From contig NC_092672.1 of the NCBI RefSeq assembly GCF_964355755.1, positions 10,850,001-10,914,000 on the forward strand: a stretch of DNA of 64,000 nucleotides, read 5' to 3'. This DNA comes from Antedon mediterranea (lineage: Eukaryota; Animalia; Echinodermata). The position numbers were made by a program, and so were the translations under genes. Below the pieces are notes generated by a model. The model was not told the origin of the DNA, made no database searches, and saw only the letters and a program-made list of their open reading frames with translations. Shown piece after piece: positions 52,301-64,000 of this stretch (position 1 is the first letter of the stretch; each line of letters begins with the position of its first letter).

Positions 52301-55300
52301 GTGTCCAATTTAGCTTTTTTACTGTAGGTTGAAATAGTATTTCTATTTGTGTTTCAGGTGTATGTGAGGTTGACAGTCAGGAGCTTGTTCCTGGTGACTT
52401 GTTAATCATTCCTTCTAATGGTTGTATGATGAGTTGTGATGCTGTATTAGTGTCTGGTAACTGCATTGTTAATGAAAGCATGCTTACAGGTTAGAAAAAT
52501 ATTTAATTTGAAGATGCTTCTTTTCTCCCCCTGATTTCTTCATTGTGCCTAAAGCAAGTATATTTTCTCACCTGAGAGGTGCTTAACGATTGTTTATACC
52601 TATATAGTTTTGTGGAAAATACTTATCTTTCTTAAGTCTTCATGGAAGAACACCTCGTTTTTACTTTAATATATTTACCATAATACTTATTATCACATGC
52701 TCTAAATTCATTTATTTCAGGGGAGAGTGTACCAGTCACCAAGACACCTCTACCCAACCCACCTGACAGCAACAAAGATGTTGATTATTCACCTGAAATA
52801 CATAAACGACACACTTTATTTTGTGGTACTAAGTTGATACAAACCAGGCATTATGGTAATGAGAAAGTTAAAGCTGTTGTACTCAGAACAGGTAACTATT
52901 TGCAGTTATAACACACTTGCTTGTACCCTTACCATTTGATTGGTTTATAATGCATCACATGTCGTTCAATTAGCCCTACCTAATGGGAAAGTGATATCTA
53001 ATGATGATAATTAATGCGCTCTAATGCATGTTCTCTGCCATTGCCATTGTTTTTAAAACATTTAGGTAATAAGTTTGGTCCACATGTACATGTTCTTAGT
53101 TACAACACAATACAAGATAAAATATACTCAGTTCTTTGCTGTTTATTAAAAACACAGCACAACTTGTCTATAAAATGTTGTGACTTTATCGTCATCTAGA
53201 ATAATGGGAAACCATAGAAATTAAATCATGATCTATTTATGCTAACGAGGTGTCTTGTTTTGGCCAATTATAGTGTGCAATGCTGGAATACTAAATAATT
53301 ATGTTAATTAACATGTTCTTGAAGATCATGTTAGCAAAAATTAATGTGATAAAGAAGATCAGTTAGCAAGAATTAATTTGATAAAGAAGATCAGTTAGCA
53401 AGAATTAATGTGATAAAGAAGATCATGTTAGCACGAATTAATGTGATAAAGAAGATCATGTTAGCACGAATTAATGTGATAAAGAAGATTATGTTAGCAC
53501 GAATTAATGTGATAAAGAAGATTATGTTAGCACGAATTAATGTGATAAAGAAGATCATGTTAGCACGAATTAATGTGATAAAGAAGATCATGTTAGCACG
53601 AATTAATGTGATAAAGAAGATTATGTTAGCAAGAATTAATCTGACTAGATGGTACGCTCGCTTCGCTCGCGTACCATCTAGGTCGTGCCCACAGATGGTT
53701 CTCGAATACATAATAATTTCAGCGTTAAAAAACTGGCGATTTCAAATGTACAATAATGCAGGACAATAATACATGTCGTTTACAGGAACGAATAAATAGA
53801 CACTGTGAATTATGTACTCAACTAAAATTAGCACCCTGGGAATTACTTCCGAAAGAGAAACTTGTCACAAAATGAGACCAATTGTTTAAGTCAAATTTAA
53901 ACAAACTTAATTTGTGTTTTGTATGTAACATTATGGTTGAGGGATGGGAAAGAGGATGGGTGCAAAGAGTAACAATTTTTAAATATATTCTTTATCCATT
54001 TAGTAACGAAATATTAATTGTTTTCATGTTTTACAAATAATATACCACTAAACACAGTAAAACATTACGATGTAATTACTATTATAATGTTAAACAATTT
54101 GTGAAAACCACCTCTATTCGGGGCAAATCATAAATTCGATTTAATCGTTAATAAATATTAAATTTTCTAACTCAACTTAATTAGTAGGCCTAATAGTTTT
54201 CAATTGTTTATAGAGCCAATTCATACTTAAGTTGGTTCCTACCCTACCCACCAAAGTTGTTGTTGATCCTTCGTACCACCGTAGGCCTATCCTCTACTGG
54301 CTTTACAACGCTACTCATGCCAGTGAGGGAAGGGTGATGATGTGGGTGGTTCCCGGGGTGGTTTAACTGCAATAATAAAGATTTGTACATAATATACGGC
54401 GACTGAAAACGCTAGCTCATTATACGTTAAAAAAAATCTATATCCAACCTCTGCAGCACAGATTGAAAAAAAATGGATCGAATTTCTGTTACGAGTATAC
54501 AGTACTTGCCTTTACGACGCCTGAGGGAATAGACACTTGTGGAACAGAGATTGGAATGTTCCATTCATCGCAAATCAATACATTTGTATAAACCTATATT
54601 AAATGTATCAAAATAGAATTTTTTAGAGAAAATCGGCCTGTCTTCAACATTATGACGCTGTACTCTAGCTGTTCAACCGGTTTTCAGCTATTAAAAACAA
54701 TTATCGTAGGAGGAGATACGAAAATGCGAAGTGTCCTCGTATTATTGTATGCGGGTATTTTTCAAATTGACATCCATTAGACAGTGTATACCACGATCAG
54801 AAAACACCCCTATTTGGGGCAAATCGTTGAACCTAAATACGTTTTAATCGTCAATAACTAATTACCGAACTCAATTTAATTAGTAAACAGGGTTACATCA
54901 GGTGGTTAAAATCAGTACCAACAGTAGTATGAACCAACTTGATATACCATCGAGTAAACATTCTAGAAATAACGCTCGATTTATCGAATTTTGCCCTTAC
55001 GTAAATTTATATATAGATAAAGAAGATCATGTTATTTAATTCCTGCAGGTTCACATTGAAGATCACATTTGCGCAGATCATATTAAATTGTGAATGTGAA
55101 ACAAGCTAATGACCCATATCTTGCATTAATACTTTTAATTGAAGATTTTGATTTTTTTTTATCTTTATAGGTTTTAGCAGCACAAAAGGCCAACTAATTC
55201 GTTCAATTCTATTCCCCAAGCCAATTGGTTTCAAGTTTTACAAAGATGCATTGAAGTTTATTGGCGCCCTCTTCGCAATATCGGCCATTGGAATCGTCTA

Positions 55301-58300
55301 TACAATATTTGTTCTCATTAAAGATGGTGTAAGTTATTTGTTAGATACTAATTTTTATTGGTGGAATCATTTCAAATTTATTTCTCAATTATTTTGAATA
55401 TTTTGTACTGCGTAGTAGTAGTACTTATTATTGTCCTGCCTTTTCTCTAAAAAGAAGAGAAATAGATAATGATTAAATTGCAATAATGTTAATTATTTAA
55501 ATAATGCTTCTTGTGTCTATCCCACAGTTAATTTATTTATTTGCTTATGGTATCCCACAATACATTGTTTATTCACTTGTAATATCCCACAATACATTTG
55601 TTTATTGGTTGTTGTGTTCCAGAGTGGAACATACCCATACACATATACATTTGTTGAATTCCTTTTTTCCCTCAAGGTATAATGGAATAGTTTGCAGCAA
55701 TACATTTTACTGGATTTAAAGTTATTTTTCTTTATAAATATTGATGTATTTGCTTATTTTTACAGGCACATGTGTTTGATATAATCGTGAAAGCTTTAGA
55801 TATCATCACCATTGCAGTACCTCCTGCTCTTCCAGCAGCCATGACAGTGGGTACAGTGTATGCTCAGAATCGATTGAAGGCGGCCAAGATCTTCTGTATT
55901 AGTCCTCAGAGAATCAATGTTTGCGGGAAACTCAAATTATTCTGTTTTGACAAAGTATGTATTAATCTCCACATCTATATTATAATATCAGTAATGACGT
56001 ACTGTTTTTTAACTCTATCTCCTCCTATCGCAGGACTGATAATTAGGTGATCATTAAGAATAAAATGATCACCTATTGTTGTTGTATCAAATCTTTATTG
56101 TTGTTTTTATTTGTTTCTGTACACTATTTTGTGTAACAATTATCTCAAAAAGTTTAATGTCAATGATTACCAAAATTTCACAATGTCTTTCAAATACTTT
56201 AACTTAGTCCTAATAAGCTTTTCAGCACGATCACTTATCCGTGACGTCATTTATACGCCATTTTGTGAAATCACATTATCAATCATATCTCCATAATTCA
56301 TTATCACATATTAATGAATTTCACTATAAATAAACTTCAGGTCAAGAGTAAAAATATTAACTAATAAAACGCACGCGCACGTAGGGTCATACGCGTCAAA
56401 TCGCGCGTTAAAAAATTAAAAAGCTCAAAATTAAGTTTTGATCAATTTAGAGCATGAATTAGGCCATTTGCGTGTTTCAAAATCTTAGCAGTAATCTTAA
56501 AAAGTGTAAAAATACGATTTTTTTTAGAAATCGCATTTTACTCACCATCCTTAGTACATTCACCAAATTTGAATCCGTTCCGACTTAAAATAACGCTATA
56601 TGAGCAGGTTCAAAATGACAAAAAGCGCAAATAAATAGCATCAAAGTGCTGAAAATGGTGAAAAATAAGGCATTTATAAAATGAAAATAATTCTTCAGAA
56701 TGCACGATGACCCTCAATTTTTTTTTATTATTCTGGAAGCCATTGAGTTGTAGATATGAATTCATGTACACATTTGACGTACAAAATGTTTTGATGTCAC
56801 CAAATGGCCACTCGAATTTAAAAATTAGGTTTTTTTCGCTTTCGTCATAGATTATCACATTCAACAGACCGCATCTCGGTTATTTTGTGCCCGATTTTTG
56901 CTCAAATTTTAGTATATGATTGCTCAATTAATTATCTTTCTCATGAGTTGTCAACATTTTCATTTTTATGACGTTATCACGCATAAAAACTTGAATAACA
57001 TAGGTCGTGTAATTTCACTTACACCATAATGTTGAATATCTTACAGCTCTTCAGAATAAAATGTGACCTTGATGATTATAATTTATTATGAAAGCTGATG
57101 AAATGTAGATATGAATTCATATAAAAATTAAGCCTATCGGATGTTGTGACATTATGAAATGGCCAGTTGAAGTTAAAAAGTAGTTTTTTTCCTCTCTTTC
57201 GTTAAATTTATACAAATTTCAAAGAGCGCGCAGTGCGTTTCTACGTGCCAAATTTTCTTCCAAATCTTATAATCTTTTGCTCAATTCATTGTCTTTCAAA
57301 ATTTTGATCTTCAAGTTTATTTTGACAACGTCATCATACCAACAAATTAGAACATGATGTGGGTCCCGTAATTTCACCTATGCTACACTGTATATGGATA
57401 TACAGTATACTGTACATATTATATGACACATATTATGTACAACTCAGCACTATAAGCGTGTATGCGTCATGTCGTAGGATGGTGACTTTTTACGATCGTA
57501 TGTTAATGTACATGCATGTTTAAAAATTTTTAATTTCATTAAAATGATAAAAATGATCACCTATAATTCGTCAAAGTGACGAATTAAATTCTAGTTATGT
57601 CTATAACTGCTTCCCACAAAATTTACAAAGGGTTTTCATGGTCCAACCGTTGACATTAGATTCAAGTTGGAAGCAGCTGATTATTGATTAAAAGTATGCC
57701 ATAGAACAATAGCTATGTTTGTTATAAAACAAATAATGAATGTTTGTATTTATTGAATAGGAAGAATATTTTCATTTATGGAAAGCCTAACTTTCCTATT
57801 CAGTTTCACTTCTCTGCTTCAAATATGCTGTGTTTAAATTCTATTTACAATTAATCAAAAAAATACAAATGCATTGATTACAATTGTTGAATATAGACTG
57901 GAACACTTACAGAAGATGGATTGGACATGTTAGGTGTAGTGCCAGTATTAGATGATCACTTCCTCCCATTACTCGAGCATGTCGATGAACTGTCTCATGG
58001 CCCATTCCTTTCTTGCATGGCAACATGCCATTCCCTTACTATCATTGATGGAATCATCAGCGGGGATCCTTTAGATCTCAAAATGTTTGAAGCAACAAAA
58101 TGGGTGAGTAAATTTGATAAAGAAGGACATTGGAACTAAATGTTAATTGTCAAAATTTAGAAGTACCAAGAGAGGTACAGTATCAAACACTGGGCAGTTC
58201 AATTGTATTCAAGTTATAATATAATAGGTGAATGCTGAAAAGACTTCTGGAATTGAGTTGAGTATCAATCATAACAAGCATTTTGGGCACTAATTTCCCT

Positions 58301-61300
58301 ATACCTATAGGATAGGTCAGTCCCGTGTTCATACTGAACATAGGGGAATGAGCTGTTAGAAGCTTATTGTACTAAGCCTCGGCATCATGTGGTAGGGTGG
58401 CCAGTTCCTTTCCACGCCGCCTTTTTTCTTCCTAGTATTTTCAACTTGGTACTTATTTACAGCTGAGCGAACTGGGATTTTGTCTATACCTATACTTACT
58501 GTACAATGTTTATGACACAATTCCTGGTGCAATTATAATTTGAAATAGAGGATTTTCATTGAAAAAAATTCATGTTTAGAGGAGTTTAAAGAAAACAAAC
58601 ATTTGGTTTCAATTGGTAACTGTACATTGATGTGTAGTTCATTGATTGTAACCTTGACGAAACTGACTTGAAGCGTAAAGCCGGTTTTCCACTAGGCGAA
58701 TTTGTTCGCGCAAATCCAACGTTTCAAAGAGAAAAAAATCGCCTACTCTCTTTCCACTACAAGGGAATAGCTGCGACGTTCATGTTCCTCGCGTGGTTGC
58801 TTAGCTTTTGATTTGCATGAGTGCTCATGAAAGCGTCATAACTCATTTCCTGAGCTCTGATTGGTTGCACAATATTTCGCTTCGCAAAAAGTAGAAACAA
58901 TTTGAACTAGTAAATTTTGCTGAAGCGAAAATCAAAGGAACTAGAATTCGTTGAAGAAGGGAGACAGAAACTCGAATACGCATGCGCAGAGCATGACACT
59001 TTCGATTCGCGCGAACAAATTCGCCTAGTGTAAAATCGGCTTAAATTAATTATTACTGGTTTACAATCAATGAACTACATATCAATATGAAGTAATTGGT
59101 GTCTAACGTGAGGACTCGTTAATCTACATCTGTATTCAGTGAATGGTATTGTTTTTTAATTTAGTTATTGCAAGAGCAAGGTAAAGACAAAGTTGATAAC
59201 ATGATGCCAACCATTGTCAAGCCAACCACAGCTGATACTTATATCAATTCAGACAGCCAGGTGAGATCAAGTTTGTTATGTTCAAGTACACTAAAGCTCT
59301 GTCTACATTATCAAACTGTATGTGACAACAAAAATGTGATGTGCCCATATGGACAGGATGATGTCATATCACGGCCATATTTGGGAATATCATTACCATA
59401 TTTGGGCACATCACACTTTGTCAAACTAGTTTGATAGTGTAGACAGAGCTTTAAGGTTACATGCTTACAGTAGGTTATTTTGTTTGAACTATTTATTATA
59501 TATGAAAGGTTGGCCATCTCAAAACCAAAGAACAATGTGTTAAATTATTGACACATAATAACATTAATGATAGATGTAGTTCTTCCACCAATATAATACA
59601 TGATCAAATACACATGTTTTAATTCAATTATTTTATTCCAAGTTTTCAATTGGGCTATGGTTCAACACAAATGTTAGCAGTTGCCTATACACAGTTAATT
59701 CGCAAACCCTCAGAATGAAACCATTTTACTCTATATTGTTTAAATGTTGTTACAATTCCCATTATTATTTCTTCTGAATCGTGTGTGTCCATCACTATAG
59801 GTGAACTTTATTTTACTGTTGTCGTCTGCTACTGTTATACATTCATGAATTTTTCAGTTTTTAAATTTCCATCTTTTTTTTGACAAGTGATATTGTATGA
59901 ATATGTTTTCTCTGTGTAATAGGAAAAGCTAATGTTATTTTTATTTTTAGACACCGTACGAGATTGGTATAGTTCGTCAGTTTCCATTCTCGTCATCATT
60001 ACAACGTATGAGTGTGATAACTCGAACTCTAGGCGCACCCAACATGGATGTGTACATGAAGGGAGCACCAGAAATGGTCGTATCTATGTGCAATAAAACT
60101 ACAGGTCAGTGTGTATTAATAAGGACATTTAGATTGAGTAAACGTGCACACGACAGTCACGTCCACATGGGTAATAGTCGACTGTTCCCGTCGACAGATA
60201 TATGAACATTTAGATTAAGTGGACATTTACATTGAAGTGCCGGTGCTCCATAGTAGCACTCGTCTGTGGTGCTATTTCACCTCACTAGGTCGGTGGAAGT
60301 ACACAGGCTTAGATCATGCTAAGTGTGTAGCTTAGGCCTAGCCAAGATCCTTAATTAAAGGCTGGCATCCTAGTGATAAAACCCAGGCCATAACCTGTAT
60401 TATTAAAAGCTTTATTTAAAATAACCAATACAAATCAATAATTCATAGATTGCAGATATAATTTGACTGAAATTAACTTTACTACATTCTCAAAAAAATC
60501 ATCGCAATACATTCTCGGCCATGATTTTGGTAAACATTGCAGTGTTATGACGTCATACGTCCACTAGTACTCATGTCAGAGAGCAAACGTCAAAATGTAA
60601 CTGAACAAGTGTTTTAATTTGTCAGTTGATGTATCAGTCACCTAGCGCATGCGCTATCATAAAAATGATAGGGTAGCAGTCGACATGAAAATCTAAAGTC
60701 CCTATTACAATAGACTGTGAAGTGAGAAAAAATAATAGATAGTATATATAGTTTCTGTGTCACAATATCAACCCTTGAGAATTTTCTGTGAAATTTAGTT
60801 TGCAGAACACATGCATGTGTGCACTGAGCTAGCCTCTCTGCGACCTCAATGTGTGACGTGTAAATATAGCTGATATAAATGGCCAAATTTGTTTGCCCAT
60901 TTAAAAAGAAATTGGTCAAAGAAACACCTATCTCATGGAAAAATGCTGTTCTTCATAGTCTAAACAGCATGAGTAAAAATAAATCTTGTAATGCTCTTAT
61001 CAGTTCACTAAAGATTAGATTTTTCTTCACACAGTCCCATCAAAGTTTCATGAAGAGCTACATGCATACACAGAGAAAGGATTGCGTGTGATTGGTCTAG
61101 CTTGGAGACCTCTTGACCTAAAACTTTCATGGCATCATGCTCATAAAATATCAAGGCAAGTTTAATTGTCTCTTTATATATACAGTTGTTATATAAGCTT
61201 ATTTAAAATCGCAAGACTACCGAATGTACAGTATGTAAGTTACTTAAATATGTCTTATTATTGATTCCAACAGATCTGAAGTTGAGAATGACTTGCAATT

Positions 61301-63971
61301 CTTAGGCCTGTTAATTCTACAAAACATGCTAAAACCAGAGACAACACCGATCATCCATCTGCTAAGAGAGGCTGATATACGAACAGTCATGGTGACAGGT
61401 ATAGTGCAAAGCAATGATTTGAAAAAGGTCCTAAAGGCGAATATAAAGCCAAATTATCAACTCCTTTTTGTTTTATTGTTTTTTTAAAATGTTTTGTCCA
61501 TTTTTTTTGTTAAATGCTCAAAAAGTGCAATTCAGTGACCCCATACATATACGGGCCTAACATCCTGGGACAGTAAATTACCCCGTATGGGATATGGGCC
61601 ATGTCTTCAAAGGGTTAAGTATTTGTTTGTTGGTCTCAAGCTCCTAACCCCATGATCAGGAGTTCAATGCCCAACACGCTCTTACTCAAATAAGCTACTG
61701 TAAATATTTTAGTTATTATAAGTTATACTTGCCATTTTATTTTATCAGGAGACAATGTTCTAACTGCCACTAGTGTTGCCAGAGATTGTGGCATGATTGA
61801 ACCCAATTCAAGAATTATTCATGTTTGTGCTTCTCCTCCCTCTGAAAATGTACAAGCTTGTATTGAATGGACTGAATCAGATGCAACAACAGCGGAAGGA
61901 TATACACAGAATAGTAAAGCTGATAGTATCCAATTAGTGAGTCATTTTTATTAAGGCTGTTTTATCATAAAGATACTATAAACTACTAGTATACAAATGA
62001 TGAATGTATTTATTATTAGTTGGATGGTGATGGTTTTTTTTTTTCAGAAAACATTTACTGAAGACATTCCTTGTTCCACGTATAATTTTGCTGTGACTGG
62101 AAAATCATTTGCTGTAATCAAAAATCATTTTCAAGACCTTATGCCAAAGGTAGGCATTATTTATTATTAATATGACAGTCTCCGGTAAACACATGACCTT
62201 CACCATGCAAGTCCATCATAGTTTTTAACATAATCGTTAAATTTGCATGAAAAATGTCCAAGTGCGAACAAGGATCACATTTACCGCTGGCTGGGGTGAA
62301 GTTACATTTGTTAAATTTACCATTTTGCGAACAAGGCTTTAGTTTTACCACCTAACTTGGAATTTTTGGATTGTGGGTTATATACAGGTATTTTGAATTC
62401 ATAGATTTATATTTTCTGCTGTTTTTTAATAAAGATAGTGCAAAGAGGAACTGTGTTTGCAAGGATGTCTCCTGACCAAAAAGTTCAACTAGTAGAAGAA
62501 TTGCAAGCATTAGGGTAATTATAGCTGCTTTTAATGTTTTTGAAAACACTGGTAAACTAAAAATAATACCCCCATATTTGTACTTTTTGGGTTCAACATT
62601 TGAATAATTTCTGACCTTGGTCCATGAATTCAAATAAAAAAGGGAGGTGTCGGGATAATTCCAAAAGGCGAGGGAGGGGTAGTAAAAAGAGTAATAACTT
62701 CAAAGTGACAAACTGTTGCCTGTGATTCATAAAATTCATTGTGCGTACAGCACGTCTAATGGTAAAACATTATGAACACTTATTGAGTACCAGACTTACA
62801 GTAAAACAAAACTATCACTTTTTATATTTTGATTCATGCAGATACAGTGTTGGGATGTGCGGTGATGGAGCCAATGATTGTGGTGCCCTCAAGGCTGCAC
62901 ACGCTGGCATCTCATTGTCTGAAGCCGAGGCATCAGTAGCCTCGCCTTTCACGTCACAGATTGCAAATATATCATGTGTACCAAAGTTAATCAGGTACTG
63001 TAATAGACTTTATACCGTTGCGATTATATCCTGTTTGAAAAATAAATATGCGTTTACAAATTCTGTTATTAATATACTACTTGTATCGGCATTAGCGTTG
63101 TATAAATGTGTGTACAAATACCAGGATTGTCCTGGTGCTGCCACAGTATTATCTGATCATGGTAGTCATTGTGAGGTGTTTGCCGTGGGTCAGTATTTTA
63201 CTATTTATTTATTTATTTATTTATTTTTTAACTTCACAGTTAAACTGAGGACCATTTTAATGAAAAAATATATTACCTAAAGACAGAAATATGTTTTGTT
63301 TGTTTGTTTGTTTTATCTTTATACTGGGTGACCTCTTCAGTCAAAGACTGATCTCCCAGAGGGCCCAGTTGGTGATCAGTGGCTGTGATGTACTAATACA
63401 CCGGGGTAACCCCCTACTCATCTCGAAAGATGTACTAGATTCTTTAAAGTGCACACGAGCAAGTTGTGTACACTGGACCTACGGTTTATAGTCCTTATCC
63501 GAGAAGACTCGTTCTACCACCAGAACCATGGAGTGAGTGAGCCTCGAACCCCTGCCAATGTTATGGCTACGTGATTACGGTTCCACTGTCTTAACCGCTC
63601 GGCCACTCACTCACTATGTTGACGGCTTGCAATTTGTTCTGCTTTAAAATCTGATCTAATATCTATAGTAGTAATAGCTACCTTGTCTTGACAAGTTAGT
63701 GAAACAGTGTGGTGATGTGAGATTCCATTTTTGGGCTTTTTTCTGGTTTATTTTACATCAACTTTTTTCATTTTTACATTTGTGGTAAACAGTGCATAGG
63801 GACTATTTGTATTTTGCACTATATAAATTTAAAACCATTATATGATTCTTATTTGTAATAATTATATTTTTCAGAGAAGGCAGAGCAAGTCTTGTCACCT
63901 CTTTTGGAGTATTCAAGTATATGGCCCTCTACAGTTTAATACAATATATCTCAGTCACTATACTATATTGG
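43333..63971 (+). CDS. ATP13A3: P5B-type ATPase (ATP13A3/ATP13A2-like polyamine-transporting ATPase), 22 exons, 951 codons, continues beyond the window
   Basis: Exons 43333-43413, 47068-47235, 47464-47546, 48256-48370, 49133-49293, 50078-50147, 50646-50780, 51420-51486, 52358-52489, 52721-52891, 55171-55328, 55766-55954, 57897-58103, 59165-59260, 59951-60104, 61035-61155, 61274-61398, 61749-61936, 62048-62149, 62435-62514, 62842-62994, 63875-63971 join in frame. Motifs LNPFY, LTGES, PPALP (P5B), DKTGTLT, KGAPE, TGDN, GDGAND. The symbol means family likeness, not proven one-to-one orthology. Confidence 0.95.
44393..44750 (+). mobile_element. tRNA-derived SINE with Deu/Nin-like central domain
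   Basis: A-box TGGCCGAGCGG, B-box GGTTCGAGGC, central ...AAACCGTAGGTCC...GAGTAGGGGGTTACCCCGGTG, A-rich tail. A second copy lies at 63292-63613. Confidence 0.85.
45514..46030 (-). mobile_element. CR1/L2-type LINE 3' fragment
   Basis: ORF 45538-46017 (ASKRLHML...[13 protein letters not shown]...[12 protein letters not shown]) is the typical post-RT region; it is followed by a (TAA)n tail. Confidence 0.85.
46355..47021 (+). mobile_element. Helentron/HINE-like non-autonomous element
   Basis: TACCTCCGCCAAGGAGGTA 5' hairpin, (TTTG)n microsatellite, subterminal GGCGGAGGTA, and ACTCTCGGAGT hairpin before TTCTAGTT. Confidence 0.7.
49464..49966. mobile_element. MITE (Harbinger/ISL2EU-like)
   Basis: TIR AGGGAGGTTTCGCAA...CGATAACGAAAACGGATAC / GTATCCGTTTTCGTTATCG...TTGCAAAACCTCTCT, flanked by AAT on both sides. 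Confidence 0.75.
50842..51130. mobile_element. Kolobok-like MITE
   Basis: TIR AGATGTATTGTCCCCC / GGGGGACAATACATCT with TTAA TSD. Confidence 0.8.
51849..52106. mobile_element. Tc1/mariner-pogo-type MITE
   Basis: TA|CCGTATAT...TATAATCCCAC / GTGGGATTATA...ATATACGG|TA. Confidence 0.7.
53320..53644. repeat. 33-bp minisatellite, about 10 copies
   Basis: Unit ATCATGTTAGCACGAATTAATGTGATAAAGAAG; the last unit resumes at 55018 after the Helitron. Confidence 0.92.
53645..55017 (-). mobile_element. Non-autonomous Helitron
   Basis: On the minus strand: 5'-TC start, CTAG-3' end with hairpin AGATGGTACGC...GCGTACCATCT, inserted between A and T without a TSD. Confidence 0.85.
56040..57596 (-). mobile_element. 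Helentron/HINE-like non-autonomous element (same family as 19923-21925)
   Basis: Extended reverse-complement similarity to 19923-21925; AGGTGATCATT...AATGATCACCT hairpin at one end and TTCTAGTT at the other. Confidence 0.7.
58679..59041. mobile_element. PIF/Harbinger-type MITE, nested in an older small inverted-repeat element (~58610-59100)
   Basis: TIR AGCCGGTTTTCCACTAGGCGAATTTGTTCGCGC / GCGCGAACAAATTCGCCTAGTGTAAAATCGGCT with TAA TSD. Confidence 0.8.
59295..59450. mobile_element. PIF/Harbinger-type MITE
   Basis: TIR AGCTCTGTCTACATTATCAAACT / AGTTTGATAGTGTAGACAGAGCT with TAA/TTA flanks. Confidence 0.75.
63292..63613 (-). mobile_element. tRNA-derived SINE with Deu/Nin-like central domain
   Basis: Reverse complement of the head and centre of 44393-44633, with a different 3' tail ending in (AAAC)n. 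Confidence 0.85.
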
Positions 63972-64000
63972 GTAAGTTTACTGTTATTGTGCTAACTTTT

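Noticed and set aside
53213-53241. Third P-like footprint (CATAGAAAT...ATCTATTTATG)
   Set aside because: The arms pair poorly and there is no convincing TSD.
53391-53769. Repeat-protein ORFs on both strands
   Set aside because: They arise from the 33-bp minisatellite inside an ATP13A intron.

Overview
AT-rich, intron-containing eukaryotic genomic DNA, probably from a marine invertebrate deuterostome such as an echinoderm (inference from the Deu/Nin-type SINEs and the repeat landscape). The right third (43333 to beyond 64000) holds the first 22 coding exons of a P5B-type ATPase (ATP13A3-like); all exon phases are consistent and one intron is GC-AG. The left two thirds are mobile DNA and satellites: a diverged ~450-bp tandem repeat, a 5'-truncated Tx1/L1-type LINE with a TSD, Kolobok-like MITEs and a 2.3-kb foldback element. 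Inserted into that foldback's right arm at 15681 is the most interesting structure: an IS3EU-like DNA transposon with two intact, spliced, convergent genes, a 491-aa IS3/IS481-type DDE integrase and a 678-aa CUE + HECT E3 ubiquitin ligase. Downstream lie two copies of an 8-bp-TSD MITE built of 15-bp GTCGCCCC repeats and two head-to-head arrays of a 97-bp satellite. Comparing repeat units shows direct evidence of transposon excision footprints (TA>TACAGTA, TACTGTA, TAGGCCTA, and P-element-like 30-32-bp palindromes). These may explain the CTAG/TAGGCCTA-rich patches at gene 5' ends. No database searches were run; family names come from motif recognition.
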